From positions 1,366,001 through 1,430,000 of the forward strand of contig MU058009.1 of the NCBI GenBank assembly GCA_013265495.1: a stretch of DNA of 64,000 nucleotides, read 5' to 3'. A model generated the notes under the pieces. The model was not told where the DNA came from and searched no databases. It was given only the letters and a program-made list of their open reading frames with translations. Below are positions 13,195-25,500 of this stretch, one piece after another. This DNA is from Vicugna vicugna. Its lineage: Eukaryota. The number at the start of each line of letters is the position of its first letter. Within the stretch, counting starts at the first letter, position 1. A program made the position numbers and the translations under genes.

Positions 13195-13740
13195 AATCTG
13201 ACAAATGGAAACATTTCCTTACAATGTGTTCAACTGAATTTTCAATATGAGATAAAAACCTGTATATGAATGGTTAGGCAGCTTTATTCATAATCGCTAA
13301 ATACTAGAACACCCCAGATGTCTTCAGTGAATGAACAGGTAAACACACAGGTGTATCCATACTGTGGAGTAATAACCACCCAGCTATTTAAAAAGAGCAA
13401 ACTATTGATACAGGCAATCACCTGTACCCACGGAATTGTGCTGAGTGAAAAGAGCCACCACATGCCAGTTGGATTCTATCTGCACATGTAACATTCTTTA
13501 AGTGACACATTCTTTAGGCCTTGATATAACATTCTTTCGGCTGGGGTGGGGAGGGGGAGGGGGATGCGGTTATGAAAGAGCAACACAGGATCCTTGTGGC
13601 CATAGAATGGGTGTGACAGTAAACTATGGTTTTGCAAGATGCTGCCTTTGAGGTAAAGGGTACATGGGACCTCCTTGTATTATTTCTTACAGCTGCAGAT
13701 TATCTGTATTTATCTCAAAATTAAAAGTTTAATTTAAAAC
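13195..13740 (+). mobile_element. Old L1 (L1MC/L1MD-like) 3' end
   Basis: 'gcagctttattcataatcgctaaatactagaa...tatttcttacagctgcag...tctcaaaattaaaagttt'. Confidence 0.75.
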
Positions 13741-13744
13741 ACGA

Positions 13745-14885
13745 GTTGGGTGTACTTGTGCGGACCTCCTTCTGGGTTATCTGTCCCGTTCTCTCTGTTG
13801 AACTGTCCATCCCTCCACCAGCTCCACGCTCTTGATGACTCCAGCCTGAGAGGAAGCCTTAACATCAGGCAGAGTGACTCCTCTCACTTAACTCATTTTC
13901 AAGATGGTTTTAACTAGTCTAGGCTAGTGTCTTTCCATATCAGTTTTTGAATAAACTTGTCTGTGTCTCCAAATGTCTTGCTGGGATTTAGACAAGAATT
14001 ATATTAAACCTATAGATCAATAAGGGGAGAACTGACATCTTTATTATATTGAGGACGATTTTGGAAATCATTATTTATAGACTCCTTGGAATTTTCTGTG
14101 TAAATAATTGTGTCACCTGAAAATGGGAACATTTTTATTTCTTCCTTTCAAAACTGCCCCCTTTTTGCCTATTATAATGGCTAGAATTTTCACTCCTAAA
14201 TTGATTAAGAGTGTCGGGCAGACATCCAGACCTTCCTTGTTCCTTAATCATAGAGAGTAAGTTTAGCAGGAAAAATCATTTCTCAGTAGTATGATGTTAG
14301 CTGTAGGGTTTTTTCTTTTTTTTCAGATGTTATTTAGCAATTCGAAGTTCTCGTCTATTTCTATTTTTCTGACAATTTGTTTAATGAATGGATTTTGAAT
14401 TTTCTCAAATATTTTCTTCTATAATGATTATTATGATCATCTGTTTATCATTTTTTAATTTCTTGATATGGTGGATTACACGGGTTGATTTCGAGCATCG
14501 ACTCAGCCTTGTACATCTGGGGCAAAGCCCACTTAGCCATGGTATATAACATCTGATTTGTTAATATTTTGTTGAACATTTTTGCATCTAAGTTAATGAA
14601 GGATTTTGGTACACAGACTCTTTTTGTAATCTCTTTTCTGGTTTTGGTATCAGAGGAATTCTAACCTCATAAAGACTGTGAAATCGTGGTTAATTCTTTA
14701 AATGTCTGTTAAACTCCTCCAGTGAAACATGAACCTGGATATTTATATTCCAGGACATTTTAATTATAAATCCAATCACTTTAATGGCTTTAAAACTATT
14801 CAGGTAGATTGTTTCATCCTGCTTGAGTTGTGCTAGTTTGCAGTTTTCAAGACATTGGCCCATTTCTTCTATGTTGTTGAACTTA
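13745..14885 (-). mobile_element. Old L1 ORF2 fragment
   Basis: Minus ORF 14690-14998 contains 'KFNNIEEMGQCLENCKLAQLKQDETIYLNSFKAIKVIGFII', a decayed ORF2 segment. Confidence 0.8.
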
Positions 14886-14922
14886 GGAGCGTTCAAAGAG
14901 TGAAGACGTGTGAGCAGACGGC

Positions 14923-15448
14923 TTTGGTAGCCGGCCTCCAGGGTGAGCCTCCGTGGCCCCTGCTTCCTGTCGCTCACACCCGTGCGTGCTCTCCTCACAC
15001 ATCACGCCAGAGCCGGGCTGTGCGCCAGACAGAAAAGGCCAGAAATGAGAACGATGCCTCCTCCAGCCCCGGGTTACAGAAGACACTATGGCTTCTGACT
15101 TGGCCCCTTGCGCCCCTCAATCTCCGTGACTGGGGCTCCAAGGAAAGCCAGCCACCACGCTGGGAGTGGCTCCCTGGAGGGGCCTATGGGATGAAGAACT
15201 CAAGAGACACTTGCCGACAGCGTGCGAGTGTGCCATCTCGAACGGAGACCCCCCCAGCCCAGTCGGGCTCTCAGATGCCTGCAGCCCCGGCCAGCGTCTT
15301 TAGTGCAGTCTCGTGAGAGACCCCGAGTCAGCACCACCCGGCTAATCCGCTGCTGGATTCCTGACTCCCAGAAACTGTGTGAGATAATAAATGCTGTCTC
15401 AAGCTGTTGAGTTTGGAGGCATTTTGTTACGCAACAACGGATACCTCA
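14923..15448 (+). mobile_element. MaLR solo LTR (MLT1F-like)
   Basis: 'tggtagccggcctcca...cagatgcctgcagccccggcc...gagagaccccgagtcagcaccacccggctaa...cagaaactgtgtgagataataaatg...ttgttacgcaacaacggatac'. Confidence 0.8.
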
Positions 15449-15792
15449 TGGAACTACCATCGATGCTCTGCGATGTTCAGACCACAGTACCAGAATGCCT
15501 TTCCTCTTCCCTCACGTCTATTTGCTGACCTTTCATTCACTCACTCACTCAACCATTCTACCACTCCACCTACTATGCTGGGGTTTGGGAATACACACAA
15601 GGTTAAACAGAATATTAACAGGACGGTAAATGGACTTTCCTCTTCTCTCAGTCTCAAATTTAGAAACAATAGGTGACAGTGCCCCGACAGTGTGAGGATG
15701 ATTTCTGAAGGTGACAATATGTGCCTCCCAGAGCCTAATAAAGAAAGGAGAATCAGCCTTGTGCCCCTCCAGCCAGGCAGCTCCTGTGGAGG

Positions 15793-16212
15793 TGTGGATG
15801 AAAAACACTGCCTCGCGTATCACTAAATAAACGATGTTGCAGCCATCAAGCCATCCCATTGCAGCCCCCCCTGATGGTGAGCCCTGCGGGGTTCAGGATG
15901 GGAAAGGACAGGATACTGGCCCTAGACAGCTAAGGTGCAGATCAAAAGAATAATTTCAGTGAGCCCAGACTTCTGCATCTTCCCACACATAGAAAAGCAC
16001 TAAATTCCTTAACTTGAGATATCTGGTTTTCTTTAATTAACAGTAATCTTTTGATGTTCTGACTACCTGGTCTCCTCGGCTTCTCCCTCACCTCCTCAGA
16101 GCACTCCCTTAGAGAGATCTGAGAGGTTGTCTCCCAGGCTTGAAGTCCTCGGAAAGTCCGCTGAATAAAACATAGCTCAGCTTTTAGGTTGTGCATATTT
16201 TTTCAGTCGAGA
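15793..16212 (+). mobile_element. ERV1-type solo LTR (cetartiodactyl family)
   Basis: TG start at 15793, AATAAA near 16165, end 'ttcagtcgaga', flanking gagg/gaag (4-bp TSD with 1 mismatch). Resembles recalled artiodactyl ERV1 LTR consensus. Confidence 0.75.
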
Positions 16213-16778
16213 GAAGCAACTAGCTGCCATATAAGAAAGGCCAGAAGTACAAGAGGAGGTCATAAATTAGAAAGCGTTGTTAGAGTAGGAAGAACGTGGG
16301 AGAAAAATGTTCCCGACTTTCCCTCCCCTTCCCAGGGGAAGGACTTATTCCTCCACCTTACCTGTACTTGAGAGAGCCTCTAGAGAGACGGCGTTGAAAG
16401 TGGCCCAAGAAGACTGACAGCCTCCTCACGGGCTTGACGGGGCTGAGCTGCAGGTAGCACATGGTGAGGTGTCACGGCTGGACCCGCTGCTGAGCTGAGG
16501 AGACTCCTCCAGGTGTGGTGTGCGTGCACCGGGGTTTGGAGGGTGTAGGCCGGTATAGGAAGCAACATCTGCTTCTTTTCTGGATCACTCCTAAGACAGG
16601 AGGCTGGTCAGATGGGCTGCTCCTGCAGAGAAGGGGAAGGGCCTGCAGTGGCCAGATGACCTTAGCACCTGCCCACGGCCTTTGCCCTTTCCCTTAAGGT
16701 TCCCTCTCTGTCTCTGGGAAGCCAGAAGTAGCAGGCAGAGAGAGAAAAGGAATCATGGAAAATTAAATTCCCTCCCCT

Positions 16779-16810
<32 letters not shown>

Positions 16811-16841
16811 GTTCCCCATCTAATAAGCCTGAATTTGGATA

Positions 16842-17436
16842 CATGCACCCCAATGTTCGTAGCAGCACTAGTTACAATGGCTAAGACATGGAAACAACCT
16901 AAACGTCCACTGACATGATTGGAAAAAGAAGCTGTGATATAGTTATACAGTGGAATACTACTCAGCCATAAAAAGAATAAAATAATGCCATCTGCAGCAA
17001 CATGGATGGATCTAGAGATTGTCATCCTTAGTGAAGTAAGCCAGAAAGAGAAAGAAAAATACCATATGATATCACTCATATGTGGCATCTAAAAAAAAAA
17101 AGACAAATGAACTTATTTACAAAACAGAAACAGACTCACAGGCATAGAAAACAAACTTATGGTTACCTGTGTAGGGGGATGGGGTGGCAAGGGATAAACT
17201 GGGAGTTCAAGATTGCAGATACTAACTAATACATATAAAATAGATAAACAACAAGTTCCTACTGTACAGCACAGGGAACTACATTCAATATCTTGTAGTA
17301 ACCTATGATGATAAAGAATATGAAAAAGGAATATATGCATGTATATGGATGACTGAAACATGATGCTGTACACCAGAAATTGGCACAACATTGTAAACTG
17401 ACTATACTTCAATAAAAATATGTATATATACAAAAA
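16842..17436 (+). mobile_element. 5'-truncated camelid L1 with TSD
   Basis: L1 3' end translation 'DTCTPMFVAALVTMAKTWKQPK'; A-rich tail. TSD aat(a/c)agcctgaatttggata at 16822-16841 and 17437-17456. Confidence 0.92.
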
Positions 17437-17764
17437 AATCAGCCTGAATTTGGATAGAAGGAAAAAAAGTAAAATTGAATATGAAATTTAAGTTTTAAAT
17501 GGACTTCAAAATACCCAAAAGGGACCATCCATCTATGAAATATGCCTGAGCTATAAGAAGAGGCTGGGGAGGGAGAGACAGCAGAGTATACCTGAAAATA
17601 GGTTTTGGAAAAAAAATGTTTTTTTCTGTCAGTATTCAGCTTGTCAACAAGTGAGTTAATCAAAGATGAATCAAAACTAGAGACATTTTCTTCCCCAGGG
17701 TCTGAAATCTTTTTATGTTTGTCCCGCACTCTCTGAAATCCCCAATAAGGAGAAAATGACTTAC

Positions 17765-17853
17765 AAGAACCTTTCCTGGCGGATGACTTGATCCAGGGAT
17801 AGACCAGAGGGCAGAGAGCAGCACATCAGAAGAGGTGGGAGAAGAAAATGATC
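17765..17853 (-). ncRNA. Candidate spliced exon (probably lncRNA/UTR)
   Basis: Minus strand: long pyrimidine tract '...cccctttctcctttcacag|GATCAT' and donor 'TTCTT|gtaagt'; 89 nt; no recognisable peptide. Confidence 0.35.
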
Positions 17854-19229
17854 CTGTGAAAGGAGAAAGGGGCCAAGAAGACAATGAAGAGTGAGGATAA
17901 ATTGAAAGCCAGTGGATAAACCTCCCGTCAGTGTCCAGGGAGCCTGCACTCAGAAGCTGAGTAGTTTTGTCTCTATTATTTACTGGACAGCGGCTGCTAA
18001 AAGAACAGGATTCTCTCCCTGCCTGGGAATCCGGCTGCCTGGCTGCCATCAAAGCACAGGGCGCTGAGTTCGCATCTGCACATCCCTAGTGGTGGGCGCA
18101 GTGCCGGGTGGGAGAGAGAGAGTAGGAGGAATTAGTGAAAAGAATCTTGCAACCAAGAAGCCGGGAAGAAGCGACTCCCAACCACCCTGGGTGGTATTCC
18201 AGACGCTCCAGAGCGACCTCAGGCTCTACTTAAAAGAAAAGACTCTAGATTAGAAGTCATCTTTTTTTTTTAGAAGCAAAGTCCCAGAGGTCATTTGCAT
18301 CATTCATGAGGCCAGAAAGGAGGTTATGTATCACAGAACCTGGTCAGAGTGTCGGTTGCCAACGTACCACAGTGATACCTAATAAGGAAGGATGCAGCCC
18401 TCATCTCATGAACACAGAATCATTGTAACGGGTGCTCTGCCGACCGCTACTGGCCTGGAAGGAATAGATGACACTCATGTAAGTTACTCACTTACCAGAA
18501 AGGAGTCAGGTTAGCACTGAGCGAGCTTGGCTGTAACTTCACTAGGCTTCAAATAATGTCTCCTTATCTTAAGACTCTGACTTGTACAGGAATGTTTAAG
18601 ATGTGGTATTCAAAAAGTCAGCATATATGTCCTCTACTTCTTAAAAACTCTCTGCAAAGGGATCTTCCCTCATCCTGCCCATCCACCTCTGCTTCTGTGG
18701 ATCAGGATAAGAGCCACTCCATTATTCAAATACACTTCACAGTTTACAGAAAATGTGAGAGTATGTGTAATTGGTGGCTTTGGGGAACAGTGTGGATTTG
18801 CTATGCTGAAGACCCACAAACATGATGACGCTTGGGGGTCAGTAAGAGCTTGTCATTTTGCCTCATGTGGGGCCTTTATCAAGCCCTTTACCCCTTACGG
18901 CCCTCAGTGTCTTCATCTGTAAATTCAGATGTCGAGCCTTCCCTATTTATCATAAGAGCTGTCATGCAGGTTGAGCAGTCAATCTATGTCTAAGCCTTAT
19001 TATCGCTCATTGTGTCACACTGGTGTCCTATTTCTGGTTTCCTGCTCATTTCCCCAGATTAATCATAAATTCAGCTTTCATCATATAATCAAAGAGGATT
19101 CACTTTGGGCAAGACAGAAGCAAATATCTGATCCTCAGACCTTTGTTGGTTAACAGAAGAACCCAGTTCTTTGAAACCAGCAGTTGCTCATCAAAGAAGA
19201 GAAATTATTCATCCTACATTCAAAGAATT

Positions 19230-19642
19230 TCCCCAATAGAGCCTCCATCTCCCTTTTCCACTGTCCCAATTCTTAACTCTCCTCCACATGAGTGCCCTGG
19301 ACTCCAGCTGACCATCACACTAGGATCTCTGCCTCCATGCAGCTACTTACTCCGGTGGTAAATAACATGTGTATGTCCCACGTGGATATTCAGGCTCTCT
19401 GCATACTCTTAAGCATCTCCTGTGAGAATTCACACAATCGTGTCTGTGCCATTGACTTGAGATGAAGGTCTTATACTGTCTCCTTGAGGAAAGACACAAC
19501 ATATGACAAGTGGTTGTTTTTTGTTTGTTTTGTTTTTCATATTTCTCCCAGCATAAAGAACAGTGGCAGGTGTGTGCCAGATGGTCAGCAAGTGCTTTTT
19601 AAACCACAAATGAATGAATGAATGAATGAATGAATGAATGAA
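19230..19642. mobile_element. L2 3' fragment ending in (TGAA)n
   Basis: L2 tail 'agaacagtggcaggtgtgtgccagatggtcagcaagtgc' followed by (TGAA)n at ~19609-19642. Confidence 0.55.
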
Positions 19643-21002
19643 GTGTTTTTACAAATCCGTATAAATGCAGGACCTGCTATCTGGCCTCCACCTTTCAGGA
19701 AGGTGGATATGCAGGGAGATCGCCTTTCTTTCTCTACACCAAATGCACACGAAGAAGCATGTGGTCCAAAAGAAACAACAGGGCTGAGAGTGTCTGGGGA
19801 GAGAAACTTTTATCCAATATGAAGAATTTAGAAGCTTATTCTTCAGCCCTTAATAATAAACCCCTCAAATCTTGCATTCTTTTTAAATTATAAGCAAGAA
19901 GTCATTTTCTTAGTATTTAAAAATTCTTCAGCTATCAGTAGGTCATGGGAAGCCAAGCAAAGGCTGTTCAGTCCAGGAGTCTGACTCCGGAGGTCTCCCT
20001 GAGAAACTAATCTCCGGAGCTCAGGAGATGCTCACCCCTGATTTCTTTCAAATAACCACAAAGAGACCCCGAGTCAGGAGATTTAACCTCTCCTGTGCTC
20101 AAGTAAGCTCTTAGCTGCAAGCGGAATTCAGAGTATTTCTACTTCAGGATACAACACACATTTAAGAAGAAACAGGGGGATTGATTTAGCCTAGAAGACA
20201 ATGCCACAGGGATCTCTGAGTGGAGAAGGGAGTCTCTACCCTCTGCAACACACGTCATCAATGATGAAAACAATAAGAGGAACAAATTACGTGGTCCCCT
20301 CACTTCCACTCTTAGTTGCCAGTGATACCATCGGTTTCTTGACAGTGCAAGTCGGAAGACTTGGAATCTTCTTTTTGCATTTGTTTCTACCTCCCTCCTC
20401 TTTTATTAGTCCATCGATGCCTCTCCCTTTGTCGGTGACTATTGAATTTGTCCCTTCCTCAACTCCCTAGTCCATGGTTACCTATGCAGCTACATAGGTC
20501 TTGGGGATAGAACACTGTAATTCATTGCTAGGATGTCTTTTCTCCCTCACAACACCGCCCTTGCAATCCATGCTGCAAAGAATCGTCACACTGACGTCTC
20601 TATGACATGTTTTTCATCGTATTTCCTCATGTTCGAAATCCTTCAGAGTCTCATTAGCCACATTAGTGATTCTTAAACATTTCCTTCCATTTTTTTCGAA
20701 TTGCTGATGCAGTAAACCCGTATCTCTACAGCTCTCCAATACATCTTTGAACTCTCCTATTTTAGATCTAAAATGCTTGCTAATTTTGCAGTGCGTACCA
20801 TCCTATATCTTTGTGTGTTTTAATGTACAAATAATGTTTTAGATTGGTTACCAGTTAAAACACTCACCTTTCTTCTCAAAAAAAACCTTTTTTGAGTGAA
20901 ATTGATGCTAAAAGAAATAAACCATTCATCCTTTGATGGGCACTTTGGTGGTTTCCATATCTTGGCTATTATAAATAATGTTGCTACGAATAAAAACCAA
21001 GC

Positions 21003-21080
21003 AAAGAGGAAGGAAGGAAGAAAAGAAAGGAAGGAAGGAAGGAAGAGAGGAAGGAAGGAAGGAAGAAAGGAAGGGAGGAA

Positions 21081-21149
<69 letters not shown>

Positions 21150-21193
21150 GAAGAAAGGAAGAAAGGAAGAAAGGAAGAAAGAAGAAAAGAAAA

Positions 21194-21241
<48 letters not shown>

Positions 21242-21340
21242 AGGAAGGAAGGAAGGAAGGAAGGAGGAAGGAGGGAGGGAGGGAGAGAAGGAGGGAGGGA
21301 GGGAAGGAAAAGGGAAGAAGGCAGGGAGTAGGGAAAGAAG
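21003..21340 (+). repeat. Compound purine microsatellite (GAAA)n/(GGAA)n/(GGGA)n
   Basis: About 340 bp, almost exclusively A/G on the + strand. Source of the spurious K/E/R and F/L/S ORFs. Confidence 0.97.
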
Positions 21341-22009
21341 ACACCATATTTATTTTACAACTTTGTTTTCACCATTTGCACTGCCTTTTTCCTTTCTAAT
21401 GTGCCCACAGGTGGGGCATTTATCTTTTTGTCTACTGTAGTTCAATAAAAAATGTTTATGAAAGTTAAAATAAATTTAAGCAATAAAAATATAAAGCCCT
21501 TTACATAGACACAAAAATTATTTGCAAACTGGAGAGATGTTGGCTTTTTGGCAACACACAGAGAAAGGTCTATGGGTTTTAAGTGACTATAATCTCAATC
21601 TGAGACAAGAGTGAGCTATGGATGGCAAAATTACAACAATAGTTTGGTTCTCTAATAGTAGAATTAAATATATTAAAAATGCAAAAGTTTCTCAGGAACT
21701 GTGCAATACAACCTTTTCTATTTTACATTTGGGAGACTCAAAGCCCAGAGAGGTCTTAGCACAATCACACTTAGACGGATTTTAAGAAAAAGTTTTGGAA
21801 CTGAATAGCGTACTTCCTGAATCCCTCACCCAGAGCACATACCTTTCGATTTGTGGTTCCCAGACTTCACTGAGCATAAGTATTATCCTTGGAAAGCTTA
21901 GGAAGAAAAGTCAGAAGCTCCAAATCAGAATGAGCTATCCTGATACAATAGGGTGAGGACCACTGTTCTGGTCTATTCCTGACTGCTGTACCAGAAAAGG
22001 AAATTTGAT

Positions 22010-22304
22010 TTTTTTTTAATTGAAATCTAGTCAGTTTACAATGTTATGTCAATTTCTGGTGTACAGCATAATGTTTCAGACATGCATATACATACATATA
22101 TATATATTCATTTCATATTCTTTTTCATTATCAGTTACTACAAGATATTGGGTATAACTCCCTGTGCAATACAGTGTAAACTTGTTGTTTATCTATTTTA
22201 TCTGTGGTAGTTAGTATCTGCAAATCTCAAACTCCTAACTTAGCCCTTCCCAGCCCCTTCCCGCTCTGGTAACCATAAGTTTGTTTTCTATGTCTGCGAG
22301 TCTG
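22010..22304 (-). mobile_element. 5'-truncated camelid L1 3' end with TSD
   Basis: Poly(T) plus L1 3' UTR. TSD ggaaatttgat at 21999-22009 and 22305-22315. Confidence 0.9.
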
Positions 22305-23039
22305 GGAAATTTGATGATTTTGCTCTAGTTATTTCTTCATTCACTGTGATTGATTAATAGATAGAGTTTTGATTTCATGCAAGGCATTTGTTTGGCAGCG
22401 GTTAAACAAATGTGAAGAACACAACATACCAAATTTCTAGTCAGGGCAAACCCTCCCGTCTTGAATATCTAGTATTTAAAAATTGTATTCTAAATGGAAA
22501 AAAATGCAAAGCTAGCTTTATGAACTAAGACAAACCTTGCTGTGGACCAGAAAGGAAATAAAATTCCAAGCAAATCCTGTGGGATCTTGCTGTTCAAATG
22601 TCCTATGCACTGAATGGGACAAAATCCAAGTTCACTGGCACGAGGCTGAACGGTGAGAGGCAAGGTTAAAACACAAGGCAGCAGTTGCTGCGTCTGGACC
22701 CAGAGTTTAGCACAGAGCTGTGTCCCGGAAGGTCAGGTCTACCCACCGTCACTGGCGGCTGCTGTCCCGGTCATGATGCAGAAAGGAAGACAAAGAGAAG
22801 CCCCAGGCCTGCACTGCTGAGTGGGAAAGGGACTTGCAGGTGCAAGGGAGCGGGGGAGGGAATAAGTTCCAAGAAAGAGGGACAGAGGGGAGACTCCTCC
22901 TGCACACGGTGAGCTTGCAAATAAACATGCAGAAAAACAGCAAGAAAATTACCCAGGAAAGAGGGCCAACACAGTAAGTCACTTCAGACAAATTCACTTC
23001 AGAAAATAAGGAAAGGATTGGACACATGCACGATGACAT

Positions 23040-24340
23040 TAAAATCTGTAAGATTCTTAAGATACAGGGAAGAGAAGTGTCATAAAATAAAAATAGTACA
23101 TAGAAAACAGGTGGGTGCTAAAAATAGGTGAGGTGAAAGCCACCCAATCTGAAACCTTAAAAATAAAAAAAAAAAACATAGTTGCTAAAATAAAAACTCA
23201 AATAGGGAATAAAGTCTAAACTGGACATGGATGAAGATAGAATTTGTGAACTAAAAGAATGGATTATTTAATAAATGGCCCTGGAAGAGCTGGTTATAAC
23301 ATATGTGCAATACATGTTACATGTAAATTATGATTGACAGATACAGATTCTTACTTCATATATAAATAGAATCAATTAAAACTGAAATGTAGAGAAAGTG
23401 CAAAGCTATTGGGAGAAAATGGAGGTATATGTACTTATGTCTTTAAGATTTCAGAGCAGTAAAAGATTTATTAGACCAGACACGCAGAGCCAAAACGAAG
23501 AAGAAAAGGCTGTGAAGCCTGAGCACTTTGCCCTGAAAACTTCGGCAGGAAGAACGGTATGTAAACAAACCTGAAAGGTCACTGGAAAGAGATAGGTGTG
23601 GCGAATATAACTGTAGATCCAGACTATAAAGAGAAATATAAATCAATAAGGGGAAAAAAAACTTCAAAACAAAGTGGGCAAGGTATTTTCAGGCGTCCTT
23701 CATAGAAAAGGGAAGCTGAATGTGCAGTGTACGTATGAACACCGGCTCAACGCTGCAGCTCATCAGGGAAATTCAAATAATGAGCTACTCTGCCCAGCCC
23801 ATCCAGCTGGCAAAAAAGATACCAGCGCTTGACCAAGAGTGTGCGGAAGTAGGGACTCTCACTTAATGCTGACGACTGTTCATATTATTAGGGTCAGCAC
23901 AAGGAGCAACAACAATACCCCAAAAATGACAAACCCTGTGACCCAGCCATCCAAGATGAGAGTGTGTGTGTGTTTGCCAAGGAAATGTGCACACCTCCTT
24001 GGAGTGAGTACGGTGTGCTGCACACAAGTCCACTGCAAAGGTCTGTTAGGGTAAAAGGGGGAAGCAGAGCAAGTGCCAAGAAGTAGTGGAGGCAGGTGAC
24101 GGATGGATGGATGGATGGAGAGACAGACAGATGATGGATGATGGATGGACAGACAGGCAGTGGTGTTCATGTAATTCCTTTTTGCTGCTGTTAAAAAAAA
24201 GTATTGTCGTGAATCTATCTTTTAAATATAATACTGTATGTAAAGGCATGTTAGAAAGCTTTACATATACTGCATTTAAACAATGTCACAAAGGAATTCT
24301 ATAGCTTTGTCAATATAATACATATACATAAGCTATACAC
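23040..24340 (+). mobile_element. Highly decayed L1ME-like fragments
   Basis: 'aaatggccctggaagagctggtta', 'ctcatcagggaaattcaaataa', 'gggactctcacttaatgctg' resemble old L1 ORF2/3' sequence. (GATG)n at ~24101-24150. Confidence 0.55.
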
Positions 24341-24440
24341 ACATGCATCATGTATGTGTGTATATTATATTACATTACTTTATATTTAAAGAATAAATAT
24401 GTGGCACTGGATACACGCCTAATACTTTTTTTAAGTCAAT

Positions 24441-24587
24441 TTTTCTGTTTTGTGTTTTTCTTGGCTGTGGGGGGTGGGGGTAATTAGGTTTATTTATATA
24501 TTTATTTTTAATGGAAGCACTGGGACTTGAACCCAGGAGCTCACGCATGCTAAGCACACACTCTACCACTGAGCTGTACCCTCCCCC
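24441..24587 (-). mobile_element. tRNA-Ala-derived camelid SINE (Vic-1-type)
   Basis: 'taattaggtttatttatatatttatttttaatggaagcactgggacttgaacccaggagctcacgcatgctaagcacacactctaccactgagctgtaccctcccc'. Confidence 0.85.
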
Positions 24588-24869
24588 CTGTACACAGCAA
24601 ACGCTTTTTAATGGCTCACCCTGGAGGGGAAGGAACTGTAATGAGGGAGGCTATTGTAAAGTCGCAGCTTTACCCACAGGATTCTCTCACCTGTATACAA
24701 GTCTAGGAAACCATGAAACAATATGAGCAGGTTTTCCATTTTGATGATGGATAAGAGGGCACTTATTTCATTTTCTTAAAAAAAAATGCCTACATTCAAG
24801 GAACTGGTGAATGCTATGGGATTTTCTGACCTAGAACATGTAAGAAAGGCTTGAAGAGCCAGCACATCC

Positions 24870-25500
24870 ACGAGCAGAGTGGCCAGCGTGGTGAGGACGC
24901 CCAAAGCCGTCACGCCGGGAGCCGGCGGGGGGACAGCAAAGGGAGGACGCGAAGCAAATTTCTTCAAGCACAGGAAACGCTCCCGCCGCCTTGCATCCTT
25001 TTGCTTGAGGGCATCTAGTAAAATCCACACGTGGAAGTTTGGGGAAGGCAGATTAAGCTCAGATTCAGAAAGAAATTTCTAACAAGGGCAACTTCTGAAA
25101 AATCATCCGGCGACTTCCGGAGGCGGTGAGACGGCGTCGGGGCGCCGCGCCGGGTCCAGAAGGCCCCCGAGGCCGGGCCTGCTTGCCCTCGCCCCGCAGA
25201 TGCAGGCAGACAGCGCGCGAATGGGAAGTAGGACTTTGGATCCAGACTCGTCCAAGGCCTGAACGGTGTCAATAGAACGTCAAGCTTTATGAGATCAAAG
25301 AAGTGGATTTCCAATAGTGAAGCTGAAGGCGCACTAAGAAAGAGGTTTTGAAGCTGTTGGGACCTGTCCCGAGTCCCCGATGCCCAGCCGCTCGCAAGTG
25401 CTCTTCCAATAGCTCTGCCTGATGCCCTGTGTCCGGCGTTGGTGCTGTTCACGTGACTGACCCTTCGACGTGATACAAAGTCGTGCGGAAAACTGGGAAA
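24870..25500. promoter_or_regulatory. CpG island / probable promoter
   Basis: Dense CpG. Tandem ETS sites CATCCGG 25104-25110 and ACTTCCGG 25113-25120; CACGTG 25028-25033; TCACGTGAC 25449-25457; splice-donor-like motifs on both strands nearby. Confidence 0.7.

Noticed and set aside
20820..21399. Long ORFs (175, 167, 117 aa) rich in K/E/R or F/L/S
   Set aside because: They are translations of the (GAAA)n/(GGAA)n microsatellite.
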